NCBI GenBank assembly: GCA_963824995.1
Contig: CAWGRK010000006.1
Location: 1-64,000 of the forward strand
From: an uncultured Actinomycetes bacterium
GTDB lineage: Bacteria; Actinomycetota; Acidimicrobiia; Spongiisociales; DATADW01
DNA: 64,000 bases
Direction of reading: 5' to 3'
Below the pieces are notes generated by a model that saw only the letters and a program-made list of their open reading frames with translations, was not told the DNA's origin and did no database searches. The position numbers were made by a program, and so were the translations under genes. How positions within the stretch are numbered: position 1 is the stretch's first letter; each line of letters starts with the position of its first letter. Below, one piece after another: positions 12,017 to 22,603 of the stretch.

Positions 12017-12784
12017 CTAGGTCTGGCTCTTCGCCGTCCGGCTGAAGTACTCGAGGGCGGTCTTGGTCTTGGTGTGCTGTTCGCCGGTCACGTCGACCCC
12101 GCGCTCCTTCAGCAGCAGCTTCGCCCTGATGGCAGTCTGCAGAGCCTCGCCAGGACGGCTCTTCGTCGACAGCTCGAGGATGCGCGAGTAATCGGGATAG
12201 GTCCACATCTCGGCGACGACCTCTTGGTCGAGCCCCGGAAGGGTGAACTTGAGCTTGAGCACGGTGATCGGTCCGAGGACGGTGAGGTCGTCGAGACCGA
12301 GACCGGCAGGGGCATGGTCCTCGTAGAACGCCCGCTGCTCCTTGGAGAAGGCCCTGCGGATAGGACGGTCGCCGCGCGCAACATCGATTACGTCTGTGGT
12401 CTCTCCCTTGAGTGAAGCGGAGCAGACAAATCCACCGGGCATGGCGTCCACTTCGACCACGCAGTTCGGGGACTTCCGCAACTGTGTCGGGAGCTCGCCT
12501 GGCACCACCGGCCGAAGCTTGACGACCGAGTCGTCACCTCTACGTTGCACCCTCCGTGCTCGAGCCACGACACCGTGCTCGTAGAGCGCAAGGTCTGGTG
12601 TGTCGAAGAAGTAGACCTGACGGATCTGCGCGTCGAGCGGATCCATCCCTAGCGCGGTCACCGTAGAGCGCTGCTCCTCCTCGGGGATGGTCAGCTTCAG
12701 TTCCACGCTGTCGGCGTCCTTGACGAGGTCCAGGACCTCGCGCAATTGCTCTTCGGTGAGGTTGATGGCGGGGCTTGTGGACAC
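12017..12784 (-). CDS. CYTH-like (triphosphate tunnel) domain protein
   Basis: GGAGG SD before GTG at 12784; SVELKLT, VYFFDTPDLALYEHGVVARARR, VVKLR, ILELSTK, KTKTAL. Confidence 0.7.
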   Translation of the reverse strand: MSTSPAINLTEEQLREVLDLVKDADSVELKLTIPEEEQRSTVTALGMDPLDAQIRQVYFFDTPDLALYEHGVVARARRVQRRGDDSVVKLRPVVPGELPTQLRKSPNCVVEVDAMPGGFVCSASLKGETTDVIDVARGDRPIRRAFSKEQRAFYEDHAPAGLGLDDLTVLGPITVLKLKFTLPGLDQEVVAEMWTYPDYSRILELSTKSRPGEALQTAIRAKLLLKERGVDVTGEQHTKTKTALEYFSRTAKSQT

Positions 12785-12961
12785 CGTGGCACCTCCGGCG
12801 CCCTCGAGCGGCGCATTGCTTGCAAGACCTCTCAGATGATGGCACGTGTTGTCGGTCACTGAAAAAGTGGGCGGCGTAGGGTCGAGGCAACGGCAGCCGA
12901 GATGTTCGAGTGTCCCTGCAGCTCATCGCTCTCCCGTCGACTCCACAAGGAGGCACCGATC

Positions 12962-13564
12962 GTGACGAGACGGCTGGTGGTGGTGGAGAGCCTGACCCTC
13001 GACGGCGTGATGCAGGCGCCCGGTGGGCCGGATGAGGACACGCGAGGAGGGTTCGAGCACGGGGGTTGGGCCGCGCCTTACAGCGACGACATCATGGGCC
13101 GCGAGATGGGGAAGGGTATGGGCACGAGCGATTTGCTCTTCGGGCGCTGGACCTACGAGAGCATGTACTCCTTCTGGCCCAAGCAGACAGATGACAATCC
13201 GTTCACCGAGGTTCTGAACCAGACACAGAAGTACGTCGCGTCGAACACGCTGGCCGAGCCGCTCCCTTGGATGAACTCCACCCTGGTGTCGGGTGACGCT
13301 GCCGAGACCGTCGCCGCTCTGAAGGAGGAGCCGGGAAACGACATCGCGGTTCTGGGCAGCGGCGCGCTCGTCCAGACACTCATGGAGCACCGCCTCGTCG
13401 ACGAGTACACGCTCCTGATCCATCCGCTGGTACTCGGATCGGGCCGCCGCCTGTTTCGCGAGGGGGGCAGGTACGCCCCGCTGGAGCTGACGCATTCCGT
13501 CACCACGACTACCGGCGTGGTCATTGCGACCTACACGCCGATCGACACGGGGAGGAAGACATGA
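12962..13564 (+). CDS. Dihydrofolate reductase/RibD C-terminal family protein
   Basis: AGGAGG SD; SLTLDGVMQAPGG, LFGRWTYE, KYVASNTL, GSGALV, HPLVLGSGRRLF. Confidence 0.9.
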   Translation: MTRRLVVVESLTLDGVMQAPGGPDEDTRGGFEHGGWAAPYSDDIMGREMGKGMGTSDLLFGRWTYESMYSFWPKQTDDNPFTEVLNQTQKYVASNTLAEPLPWMNSTLVSGDAAETVAALKEEPGNDIAVLGSGALVQTLMEHRLVDEYTLLIHPLVLGSGRRLFREGGRYAPLELTHSVTTTTGVVIATYTPIDTGRKT

Positions 13565-13643
13565 GTGCAATCGCCGGCAAGCTCCCATCGACCGGCGATG
13601 TGATCTCGTTCGGGTAGCTTCGAGGTCCCTCTAGGAGGCACTG

Positions 13644-14297
13644 ATGACCACACCTTCCAGCCAGCCGGTCCATGTCGGTGCCGCGATCGAATACGGGTGG
13701 CGCAAGCTCTGGGAGAACGTCGGGCCGATGCTGTTGGCCGGGCTCCTGGTGTTAGTGGTCACCGGGCTGGTCACCTGGTTCACCCTGGCGGCCGGGGACA
13801 ACGCCTGGGTGAGGTTTCTTGCCGGTGTTGTTGAGTTCCTGGTGGGAGCCATCGTCGGCATGGGATGGATCCGAATTGCTCTCCTGATCACACGTGGAGA
13901 GCCTGTCGAAGGCACCGACGTCTTCCGGACCGGCCGGTACCTCATCGCCTACATCATCGGGTCAGTCCTCTTCGGACTGATGTGCCTGGTGGGGTTTCTG
14001 CTCCTGGTCATCCCGGGCATCTGGGTGCTACTCACCTTCGGGTTCTTCTCCTGGATAATCGTGAACCAGGACAAAGATGCGATCGCAGCACTGACACGCA
14101 GCTCCGAGATAACCAAAGGTCACAAGTGGGACCTCTTGGGGTTCTTCCTCGTCCTTTTCCTTCTCAACATCCTGGGGTTGCTTGCCTTGATCGTCGGTGT
14201 GATCGTCACGGCGGCGATCAGCCTGTTGGCGACCGCCTACGTCTACCGCAGGCTCGAGGGCGACCCCGTTCAAGAACTGGGTCCCGCCGGCACCTGA
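13644..14297 (+). CDS. Integral membrane protein (DUF975/UPF0259-like)
   Basis: AGGAGG SD; GFLLLVIPGIW, AIAALTRSSEITKGHKW, AYVYRRL; multiple TM segments. Confidence 0.75.
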   Translation: MTTPSSQPVHVGAAIEYGWRKLWENVGPMLLAGLLVLVVTGLVTWFTLAAGDNAWVRFLAGVVEFLVGAIVGMGWIRIALLITRGEPVEGTDVFRTGRYLIAYIIGSVLFGLMCLVGFLLLVIPGIWVLLTFGFFSWIIVNQDKDAIAALTRSSEITKGHKWDLLGFFLVLFLLNILGLLALIVGVIVTAAISLLATAYVYRRLEGDPVQELGPAGT

Positions 14298-14512
14298 GTT
14301 TCCAAGCGACCACGTGACGAAAGCCAGCGTCTCAGGGCTCAAATGAGACGGTCGACCCATGTTCCCGATGGCGTTGGACGCCGTATTTTCTGCGCCGTCA
14401 ACACGCAAATTTGGCCTAGGGGGAACTTTGACCGCTACATGTCGCCGCCGGCTGGGCAGATACACTCGCAATCACTACGGACGGGCGACGCGCTCCAAGT
14501 GACTCCGGAATC

Positions 14513-16072
14513 GTGGTGCCCGACCAGATCCCGGCGACACCACCGTCAACCGCCGTCCCTGGCTCGCCCGACACGGGGCCGAAGACCGTCCAGACATTGC
14601 GCCCGATGCGGGGGCGCTTCCTGCTGGCCACGGCCGTCATCGTCCTCCTCGGTGCGTTGCTCGTGGTCGATCTCAGGTCGGGTGTCGTCCCCGATCTCGG
14701 TATCGACTACGTCGCTCTGGAGATCGTCCTCGTGGTCCTTGTGTCAACGATGGCCATCATCGCCGGAGCCCTGATCGGCGCCAGGTGGTGGATCGATCGG
14801 GATCCGGCCGACATGTGGATTGCCATCGGCCTGCTCATTCTCGGGGTGGTCGTCTACGGCATCGCCGGTCTCCTTCCACTCCTGGGAATCCGCTGTCAGC
14901 AGGAACCGGTGTTGTCATGGGTGACCCCCATCGGGCTGGTCGCGGCGTTTTTCACCTTCTGGAGGGGTCTGATGGTGGGTTCTTCACGCCGCGTCCGAGC
15001 GTGGAATATCGCCGTGATCGCCGCCGCCTTCGTCATCCTCGCCGTGCAGGCGCTATCACCGGTCACCGAACTGGTGGCCAACCCCGGTGAACCCATCTCG
15101 ATTCAGACTCTCGGATGGGGCACTCTCCTCTTGATTGTTGCGGCGCTCGCTCTTTCGGTCGGCTACGGCGTCAAGGGGTGGCGTGCCGGTTGGCCGCTGC
15201 ACACTGCACTCGGCTTGATGTTGGCGACCATCGTGCTCGGCCAGGTGATTGGCGCCTTCGGGGAGAGCACGCATCTCGACGGGGAATTGGCACTCCCACT
15301 CATCGGTCTGCTGGTGGTCGTCTTGGCGCTCGTCAACGAGGTGCAGATGGGGTGGTCGCGCCGTGAGGTTGAACTCCTCGAGTCCGAGACCATGGCCAGC
15401 GAGGCGCATGAGGAGGTGCGCCGAGTCCAGGAGTCGATGGAAGAACGTGCCCACGATGCGAGGTCGGCGTTGACCGCGATCGAGGGCGCCGTGAAGCTGT
15501 TGGAGCGCGGCGCGGACAGGCTGGATGACACGGCCTGGGTCTCTCTGCAGGCGGCGGCGGGAAGCGAGATCGCTCGGCTGCAGCGGATGATCGCCCCCAG
15601 GGAGGAGGCGCTGCAGGACGAGGAGAGCTTCCTGGTGGCCGACGTACTGCGGCAATCGGCTTCAGTCGAGCGGCTTCACGGGAGCACGGTCACTCTGAAT
15701 ATCCCCCCCGATCTGACTGCGCTGGGCAAGCCGACAGCATTGGCCGAGGTGATGAACAACGTCCTCGACAACGCCCGCCGGTACGCCCCCGGCCCGGTAG
15801 GGATCAGCGCCGGTCGGGAGGACGATCGGGTGCTGATCCGGGTCGAGGATCAGGGACCGGGTGTGCCCGAGCAGTGGTGGGAGCGGATCTTCCAACGAGG
15901 GGTGCGAGGCCCGACCAGCGAATCGGTCCAAGGCACCGGCCTCGGGCTGCACATCGCCCGCGAGTTGATGCGGTCGCAGAGCGGAGACGTATGGGTAGAG
16001 GAGAGCCCCGAGGGAGGGACTGTCTTCGTGCTCTCGCTGCCGGCGTCGTCAGACGGAGCTGAGATCGGCTGA
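14513..16072 (+). CDS. Multi-TM sensor histidine kinase
   Basis: About 8 hydrophobic segments; H-box AHDARSAL, N-box NVLDNARRY, DQGPG, GTGLGL, GGTVF. Confidence 0.9.
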   Translation: MVPDQIPATPPSTAVPGSPDTGPKTVQTLRPMRGRFLLATAVIVLLGALLVVDLRSGVVPDLGIDYVALEIVLVVLVSTMAIIAGALIGARWWIDRDPADMWIAIGLLILGVVVYGIAGLLPLLGIRCQQEPVLSWVTPIGLVAAFFTFWRGLMVGSSRRVRAWNIAVIAAAFVILAVQALSPVTELVANPGEPISIQTLGWGTLLLIVAALALSVGYGVKGWRAGWPLHTALGLMLATIVLGQVIGAFGESTHLDGELALPLIGLLVVVLALVNEVQMGWSRREVELLESETMASEAHEEVRRVQESMEERAHDARSALTAIEGAVKLLERGADRLDDTAWVSLQAAAGSEIARLQRMIAPREEALQDEESFLVADVLRQSASVERLHGSTVTLNIPPDLTALGKPTALAEVMNNVLDNARRYAPGPVGISAGREDDRVLIRVEDQGPGVPEQWWERIFQRGVRGPTSESVQGTGLGLHIARELMRSQSGDVWVEESPEGGTVFVLSLPASSDGAEIG

Positions 16073-16393
16073 GAGCCGGTCGATCAGGGCGATAAGATCG
16101 TCGACACTGGTCAACTCAACCCACTCCTCGCCTTTTTCGTTGCTGATGCGGGCGGTCCCCAGACCATTCGGCGTCATTGGCAACCGGACCAGGGTGTCGA
16201 TTTCGACCGAAGCGAGCTCGACGTCGGTGTTGACGAATGCCACGTCGAAGCGGCCATCCGGCAGCGTCCCATCGGACGGCATCTCGACCACGTCGAATTC
16301 GACGCGCGAGACGAGGCGACTCAATAGATCGCTCAACAGCGGCGGAACGACGGCCACGAGGATCCGCCGAGGCGTTATAGGACACCGAGGCAT
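16049..16393 (-). CDS. Small hypothetical protein, possibly a degenerate receiver-like fold
   Basis: RRILVAVVPPLLSDLLSRLV...FDVAFV reads like an alpha/beta protein and fills the gap between kinase and regulator; start uncertain. Confidence 0.5.
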   Translation of the reverse strand: MPRCPITPRRILVAVVPPLLSDLLSRLVSRVEFDVVEMPSDGTLPDGRFDVAFVNTDVELASVEIDTLVRLPMTPNGLGTARISNEKGEEWVELTSVDDLIALIDRLSADLSSV

Positions 16394-16445
16394 TGAACCC
16401 GGTGTGCCGCCCGGTCTCATCCCCAATGTTGATATAGGTGCGCTG

Positions 16446-17102
16446 ATGAGCAACCGGGTGCTCATCGTTGACGACCACGTGCTGCTGGGGCAGAGCCTGC
16501 AGCTTGCCTTGACCGGGGAGGGCTTCGAGGTGCGGGTGGTGGACGGCCCCACGGCCGATGCCATCTTCGATGCAGCCGAGGCGTTCAGCCCCACGCTGGT
16601 CTTGCTCGACCTCGACCTGGGCGAGGAACTGGGGAGCAGTCTCGGCCTGATCGACCGACTCCTGGAAGCCGCCGAGAGGGTTGTCGATCCTCACCGGGAA
16701 CACCGACAAGCGACGTCTGGGAGAGTGCCTCGAGGCCGGCGCCGATGGCATCCTGAAGAAGTCGGTCTCGTTCGACCGCTTGGTCCAGTCGATCCGCGAC
16801 GCCGTCGAGGGCCGGGACATCCTGATCCGCCTGGAGAGCGTCACGAGATGCGCGCTGCGCTCCGAACCTGGCGCTCCTCCGAGGCTCAACGGAAGGCCAC
16901 TCTGGAGAGGCTCACCGAGAGGGAGCAACAGGTGCTCGCCGGCCTCGTGGATGGCAAGTCCGCCGCCGAGATCGCCGAGGAGTCGTTTGTCTCGCTGGCG
17001 ACGGTGCGCAGCCAGATCCGATCCATCCTGCTCAAGCTGGATGTGGGCTCCCAGCTCCAGGCTGTGGCGATGGCCCGCCGACAAGGCTGGTTCGACAGCT
17101 AG
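16446..17102 (+). CDS. NarL/LuxR family response regulator (frameshifts ~16680, ~16835)
   Basis: RVLIVDDH, VLLDLDL (phospho-Asp), ILTG, GILKK, LTEREQQVL...TVRSQIRSILLKL. Confidence 0.9.
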   Translation: MSNRVLIVDDHVLLGQSLQLALTGEGFEVRVVDGPTADAIFDAAEAFSPTLVLLDLDLGEELGSSLGLIDRLLEAAERVVDPHREHRQATSGRVPRGRRRWHPEEVGLVRPLGPVDPRRRRGPGHPDPPGERHEMRAALRTWRSSEAQRKATLERLTEREQQVLAGLVDGKSAAEIAEESFVSLATVRSQIRSILLKLDVGSQLQAVAMARRQGWFDS

Positions 17103-17131
17103 TCCACGCCGCCTGCTGCGCGCAGTTCTGG

Positions 17132-17152
17132 CTGCCGTCTGCCGACTGCCGT
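17132..17152 (+). repeat. Heptamer tandem repeat (CTGCCGW)x3
   Basis: CTGCCGT CTGCCGA CTGCCGT, intergenic. Confidence 0.5.
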
Positions 17153-17160
17153 CTCGCTTT

Positions 17161-17201
17161 CATCAATTTTGATGATGGGCGAATCCTCAATTGTGGCGAT
17201 G
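17161..17201 (+). promoter_or_regulatory. Two related AT-rich boxes upstream of the flp operon, candidate response-regulator sites
   Basis: CATCAATTTTGATGATG (17161-17177, palindromic core) and CCTCAATTGTGGCGATG (17185-17201), 13/17 identical. Confidence 0.45.
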
Positions 17202-17283
17202 AGGCGGCGAGCTGCATCCACCGATACTTGCTATCAAGTAGAGACCGCAAAGGGCGGTCCGCAAGCACAGTAAGGAGAAGCAA

Positions 17284-17458
17284 ATGCTTCACATCTACAC
17301 CTGGCTGCAGTCCCGCATCGTGCGGGAGAGAGGGTGCCACCATGGTCGAGTACGGCCTCATGGTTGCCCTCATCGCCGTGGTCGGCATCGTGGCCGTGGC
17401 CCTCGTCGGACGCGATCTCGGACGATGTTCGACCGACGTCGCCGGCCAGCTCGTCTGA
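17284..17458 (+). CDS. flp: Flp family type IVb pilin, probable major pilin (frameshifts)
   Basis: TAAGGAG SD; MLHIYTWLQSR, then EG|ATMVEYGLMVALIAVVGIVAV (G-cleavage site, E5-Y6 Flp motif). Confidence 0.85.
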
Positions 17459-17473
17459 GCAAGCCGGCTGAAC

Positions 17474-17514
17474 GAACTGCGGCGGTCCGTGACCTTCTCG
17501 GACCGCCGCAGTTC
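17474..17514 (+). terminator. Strong stem-loop after the first pilin (partial terminator or mRNA stabiliser)
   Basis: Perfect 16-bp stem GAACTGCGGCGGTCCG / CGGACCGCCGCAGTTC with a 9-nt loop; no U-tract. Confidence 0.65.
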
Positions 17515-17533
17515 CAGCCAGAAGGATTCTCTC

Positions 17534-17701
17534 ATGATCACCCGCTTCCTGACATCTGAAGACGGCGCCATCCATGCCCGAGTACGCCTTGATGGTGACG
17601 CTCATCGCCATGGCGGCGGTGCTCGCAGTCGTTGCTCTTCGGACAGTCGGTGAACGGTCTCTTCGACCAGCCAGAGCTCTTGACCGCTCTGCCAGGGCTG
17701 A
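17534..17701 (+). CDS. flp: Second Flp family pilin (frameshifted; 3' end uncertain)
   Basis: AAGGA SD; MITRFLTSEDGA, then SMPEYALMVTLIAMAAVLAV. Confidence 0.7.
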
Positions 17702-17711
17702 GGGATCGACG

Positions 17712-18101
17712 ATGTCTGCTTCCACCCGTTTCCAACGCCTCCGTCAAGACCGGGGTGCCTCGATGGTCGAGTTCGCCCTGATCCTCCCCATTCTCGTCCT
17801 GCTCATCTTCGGCATCGTCGAATTCGGGCGGGGCTACAACGCCCAGATCACCCTCACCCACGCCGCCCGTGAAGGTGTGCGCACCCTGGCCGTCACCAAG
17901 GACTCTGGCGACGCCGTCCAGGCCACCAAGAACGCCGCCACCTCGCTCAACCCGGCGCAGGTCTCGGTGAGCACCACTGCCTGCAACCCGGGCAGCCCCA
18001 CCAGTGTGACTGCCACCTACCCCTTCACGTACGACATTCCCCTCTTTGGGACCAACACCATCACCCTCAAAGGAAAAGGAGTCATGCGATGCGGTGGTTG
18101 A
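17712..18101 (+). CDS. tadE: TadE-like pseudopilin
   Basis: DRGASMVEFALILPILVLLIFGIVEFG, LTHAAREGVR. Confidence 0.9.
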   Translation: MSASTRFQRLRQDRGASMVEFALILPILVLLIFGIVEFGRGYNAQITLTHAAREGVRTLAVTKDSGDAVQATKNAATSLNPAQVSVSTTACNPGSPTSVTATYPFTYDIPLFGTNTITLKGKGVMRCGG

Positions 18102-19102
18102 AGCAGCTTGATACGGCGGCTGAATGAGGAGCGCGGCGCCACCGTGGTCATCGTGGCGATCAGCCTGACGGCCCTCATTGGGATGGCCGCCTTCGCCATC
18201 GACGTCGGAGCCCTCTACGGCGAGCGACGCGAGCTCCAGAGCGGCGCCGACGCCGGCGCACTGGCCATCGCCGAGGACTGCGCTCTCGGCAAGCCATGCA
18301 CGACCGGCACCGCCAACGCCACCGCCGGCACCTATGCCAGCTCCAACGCCAACGACGGGGCAGCCGGGATCGAGTCGGTTGACCTCAACACCGCCGCCAA
18401 AGAGGTCACGGTGACAACCAAGACGCTCGACACCAGCGGATCAGACGTCTACAAGCCCTTTCTCGCCCAGGTGATCGGGTTCAACGGCACCACGGTCAAT
18501 GCAAAAGCGACCGCGGTGTGGGGATATCCGAGCGGCCTGACGACTCTTCCGCTGATCATCTCCGACTGCGAATGGGCCAGATCCGGGATACGGGCCACCG
18601 ACGTCACGGTCAAGCTCACGATTCCACGCACTCGACATCCGAGTGGCGACTGCGCGCTGGGTCCTCCGGTCATGACTCGGACGGCGATGGACAGGCTTCC
18701 GGGGGCGTTCGGCTGGCTCAACGGCTCGATCGACTGCAACGTCAACAGTCGAGAGTGGGCGACTGGATCGAGGGAGACACCGGAAACGTCGCGTCCACCG
18801 ATGCGGATGACTTGCCCGACCTGATGGAACACGACGTATTGATCCCCTTCTATGACGACTGATCTGCTTCGAGAGCCGCTGCCACGGAGTGTCAACGGCA
18901 AGTGGTATCACGTTGCTGGCTTTGGTGCGTTCACGCTCACCGGATACAAGTCTCGCTGGCGGACGGAACATGTCGGCAGCCAGTGTCTGCGAGTGGCGGC
19001 GAACGTCGGTGCATCAGCGGATATTTCACCCACGCATCCGATCCCGATGGCGAGCTCGGCGGACCCAACCGTGGTGTCGTCGTCGTCAAGTTGACCAAGT
19101 AA
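18089..19102 (+). CDS. tadG: TadG-like pilus assembly protein (several frameshifts)
   Basis: EERGATVVIVAISL..AAFAIDVG..ELQSGADAGALA, PGAFGWL, VLIPFYD, YHVAGFGAF; ends GVVVVKLTK*. Confidence 0.75.
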
Positions 19103-19139
19103 CAACAAACACCGAGTAGAAAAAGGAGAGAGATAGATC

Positions 19140-20022
19140 ATGAAAAGAGTACTGGCGGTCATTGCCGCCGTCGTCCTGGCCGCAGTTGGCACCTTCGTGG
19201 TGCTCAACTACGCCCGCAGTGCGGAGGCCCGCGCCCTCGCCGGCGAGGAGACCATCGAGGTCCTCGTCGCCACCGAAGCGATCGCGCAAGGCACGCTTGC
19301 GCAGGACATCGCCGAGTCGCAGGTCGAGGTCAAGCTCATTCCGGCCAAGATCCAGACGCCGGGCAGCATCGGCAACCGCGCCGAGCTGAGTAGCGAGCTG
19401 AAGGGCATGGCGACCTCGGTCGACCTGGTGGCCGGGGAGCAGCTCCTCAAGAGCCGCTTCGTCGATCCCCAGGTGGCGGCGGCGCAGTCCGAGGTGGATG
19501 TCCCCGAGGGCCTCCTCGAGGTGACGGTGTCGCTCGAACCGCAGCGGGCCCTGGGCGGCAAGCTCACCCCCGGCGAGACCGTGGCGGTGCTGGCCTCCTT
19601 CGATCCCATTCGACCTCCAGATCGACCGGACCACGGCCTCCGAAGAGGGGACCGAGACCGAGGAGATCGACAAGCAGAGCCCCAACACCACGGGGATCAT
19701 CCTCCACAAGATCCTGGTCACCGATGTCCAGGTGGGACAGGCGTCCGCCGCTCCCGTTGGAGGCGAGGAGGAGACCGAAGGACAGCCCGACGTGGCCCCT
19801 GAGGGCAGCCTGCTGGTCACCCTGGCGATGGACGCCCCTTCGGTGGAGCGGTTCATCTTCACCCAGGAGCACGGCCGCATGTGGCTCGCCGGCGAGACCG
19901 AGGACGACTCCGAGGCAGGCACCCAGGTGCAGACCCGGCTCACCGTCTACGGCGAGGCCGAGCCCATCCTCGACTACCTCCAGATGCTGGAGGAGCTGAA
20001 CCAGGGTGAGGTGCAGCCATGA
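19140..20022 (+). CDS. cpaB: CpaB/RcpC Flp pilus assembly protein, SAF domain (frameshift ~19610)
   Basis: N-terminal TM; VLVATEAIAQG, LVAGEQLL, VPEG..EVTVSLEPQRALGGKLTPG, LLVTLA. Confidence 0.85.
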
Positions 20023-21207
20023 GCGGCATCACCATCGCCACCAAAAGCTCCGAGTTCGAGGCCAACGTCCGGAGCGCCTTCGGAGGAAGGCTGAACGGCG
20101 ACCTGCGTCGCTGGTTCAGCCAGGCGGGGCTCGAGGATCCGGTGGCGGCGGTCGAGGAGATCGCCGCCACCGATCCCGAGGTCGTCGCGCTGGGCCCCGA
20201 CCTCCCGCTCCAGGTCACCTTCGACATGGCGCGCGAGTTGGAGCGTCTCCGTCCCGAGATCACCGTGCTCATCGTGGCGCCGCCCAGCGCCGACGGTGTG
20301 GGAGAACGCCCTGCGGGCGGGCGCCCGCGACGTGATCGCACCCGACGCGGTGGCCGAGGAGCTGCTCGAGACCTTCGACCGGGCGCTGCAGACCGGCACC
20401 CGGTTGCGGGCCAACCTCGCAGGGAGCGAGACGCCTGCGGCTTCCCAAAGCCGGTTCATCACCGTGCTCTCGCCAAAGGGCGGATCGGGCAAGACCGTGG
20501 TCGCCTCCAACCTGGCCGTCGGGCTGGCCAAGCGCCATCCCGGCCAGGTCGTCCTCGTGGACCTCGACATCCTCTTCGGCGACGCTGCCAATGCACTCAT
20601 GCTGGTCCCCGACCAGACGCTGGCCGACGTGGCCCGCTCGTTGCACACATTGGACGCCACCACGCTCAAGATGTTCCTCACCCCGCACGCCACCGACCTC
20701 TATGTGATGTGCGCCCCCGAGACACCGTCGGAGGGCGAAGGTGTGAGCGGTGACCAGGTGGGGCGGATCCTGGAGCTGCTGGCCCAGGAGTTCGCCTACG
20801 TCGTGGTGGACACCGCCGCCGGGATCGACGAGTACACGCTCGCCGCCCTCGACCATTCCACCGACCTGCTGCTGGTGGCCGACATGGACGTGTCGGCGGT
20901 GCGCGGGCTCCGCAAGGGGCTCGACCTGCTCGACAAGCTCGCCGTCACCGCTCCGGAGCGTCACCTGGTGCTCAACCGGGCCGACAGCCGGGTGGGGCTG
21001 GACCGCGACGACATCGTCGCCACCCTGGGGCTCGACATCTCGGTGAGCGTGCCCAGCTCGCGTGAGGTGCCCCTCTCCTACAACCGGGGCGCTCCGCTGC
21101 TCGAGACCGAGGCTCGGTCGTCGGTGGCCAAGGGCCTCGAAGACATCGTCGACATCTTTTCGCCACCGACGGCACGACCCAAGTTCCCCTGGAGGAAGAC
21201 CCGATGA
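20019..21207 (+). CDS. cpaE: CpaE/TadZ MinD-like ATPase with degenerate receiver domain (frameshift ~20295)
   Basis: ATGA overlap; SPKGGSGKT, VLVDLD..FGD, YVVVDT, VLNRAD. Confidence 0.85.
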
Positions 21208-22603
21208 AATTGCACGAGCGCCTGCGGCTGGCCGACATCGCCGCACCCGAGGCTCCGCAGCCCGAGATCGCCAAGCCGGCGGTGCCCCGCGAATCGTTCG
21301 AGCCCATTGCCGACCCGCTCTCCGGGTTGAAGAACCGGGCGCAGGAGTCCCTCTTCGCCCGGCTGGGATCGCGCCTCTACGACTCCTCGCTCTCCGAGGA
21401 GCAGCTGCGCGGCCTGGTGCTCGAGGAACTGGGCCGGGTGATGGAGGCCGAGCGGATCCCCATGTCCGCCGGCGAACGCCACCGCATGGTGGCCGAGGTG
21501 AGCAACGACGTGCTCGGGTACGGGCCGATCGAGCAGTTCCTGCTCGACGATGCCGTCACCGAGGTCATGGTCAACGCCGACGACGCCATCTACGTCGAGC
21601 GGGAGGGAAGGCTTCACCGGACCGATGCCCGCTTCTTCTCCGAGGAGCACCTCCGCCGGGTGATCGAGCGGGTCGTGAGCCAGGTGGGCCGTCGCATCGA
21701 CGAGTCCTCGCCCATGGTGGACGCCCGTCTTCCCGACGGCTCCCGGGTCAACGCGGTCATCCCGCCGCTGGCGGTGGACGGTCCCGCCCTCACCATCCGC
21801 AAGTTCTCCAAGGACCCCCTACCAGGTCAACGACCTCATCCGGTTCGAGACGCTCACCGCCGAGATGGCCGATCTGCTGCGGGCCTGCGTCGAAGGACGG
21901 CTCAACATCCTCATCACCGGAGGCACCGGGACGGGCAAGACGACGTTGCTCAACGTCCTCTCCTCGCTCATCCCCTCCACCGACCGGATCGTCACCATCG
22001 AGGATGCGGTGGAGCTGCAGCTTCACCAGGACCATGTGATCCGTCTCGAGGCTCGTCCGCCCAACATCGAGGGCAAGGGCCAGATCACCATTCGCGACCT
22101 GGTGCGCAACTCGCTGCGGATGCGCCCCGACCGGATCATCGTCGGGGAGGTGCGTGGCGGCGAGACGCTCGACATGCTCCAGGCGATGAACACCGGCCAC
22201 GACGGCTCGCTGTCGACGGTCCACGCCAACACCCCGCGTGACGCCATCTCCCGGTTGGAGACCATGGTGCTGATGGCGGGTATGGACCTGCCGGTGCGGG
22301 CCATCCGCGAGCAGGTCGCCTCGGCGATCGATCTCATCGTCCACCTCACCCGTTTGCGCGATGGGTCGCGCCGAGTGACCCAGCGTCACCGAGGTGACCG
22401 GGATGGAGGGCGAGGTAGTGACGCTCCAGGACATCTTCACCTTCGACTACTCGGCCGGCATCGCCGACGATGGCCGCTTCCGGGGCACGACCAAGCCCAC
22501 GGGCATCCGCCCCCGGTTCACCGACCATCTCGCCGATCTGGGTATCACCCTGCCCGCCAACCTCTTCGGTGCGGTGGACATCAACGGGTGGCGCACGTCA
22601 TGA
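21204..22603 (+). CDS. cpaF: CpaF/TadA pilus assembly ATPase (frameshifts ~21820, ~22385)
   Basis: [52 protein letters not shown]. Confidence 0.92.

Noticed and set aside
12017..12784. Class IV adenylate cyclase as part of the cNMP circuit
   Set aside because: Most CYTH proteins are triphosphatases; only a partial ExExK motif (VELK) is present and it is far from the cyclase genes.
17103..17283. c-di-GMP or c-di-AMP riboswitch, or sigma28 promoter, upstream of flp
   Set aside because: Conserved riboswitch cores not recognisable; ACCGATAC resembles a sigma28 -10 but lacks a convincing -35.
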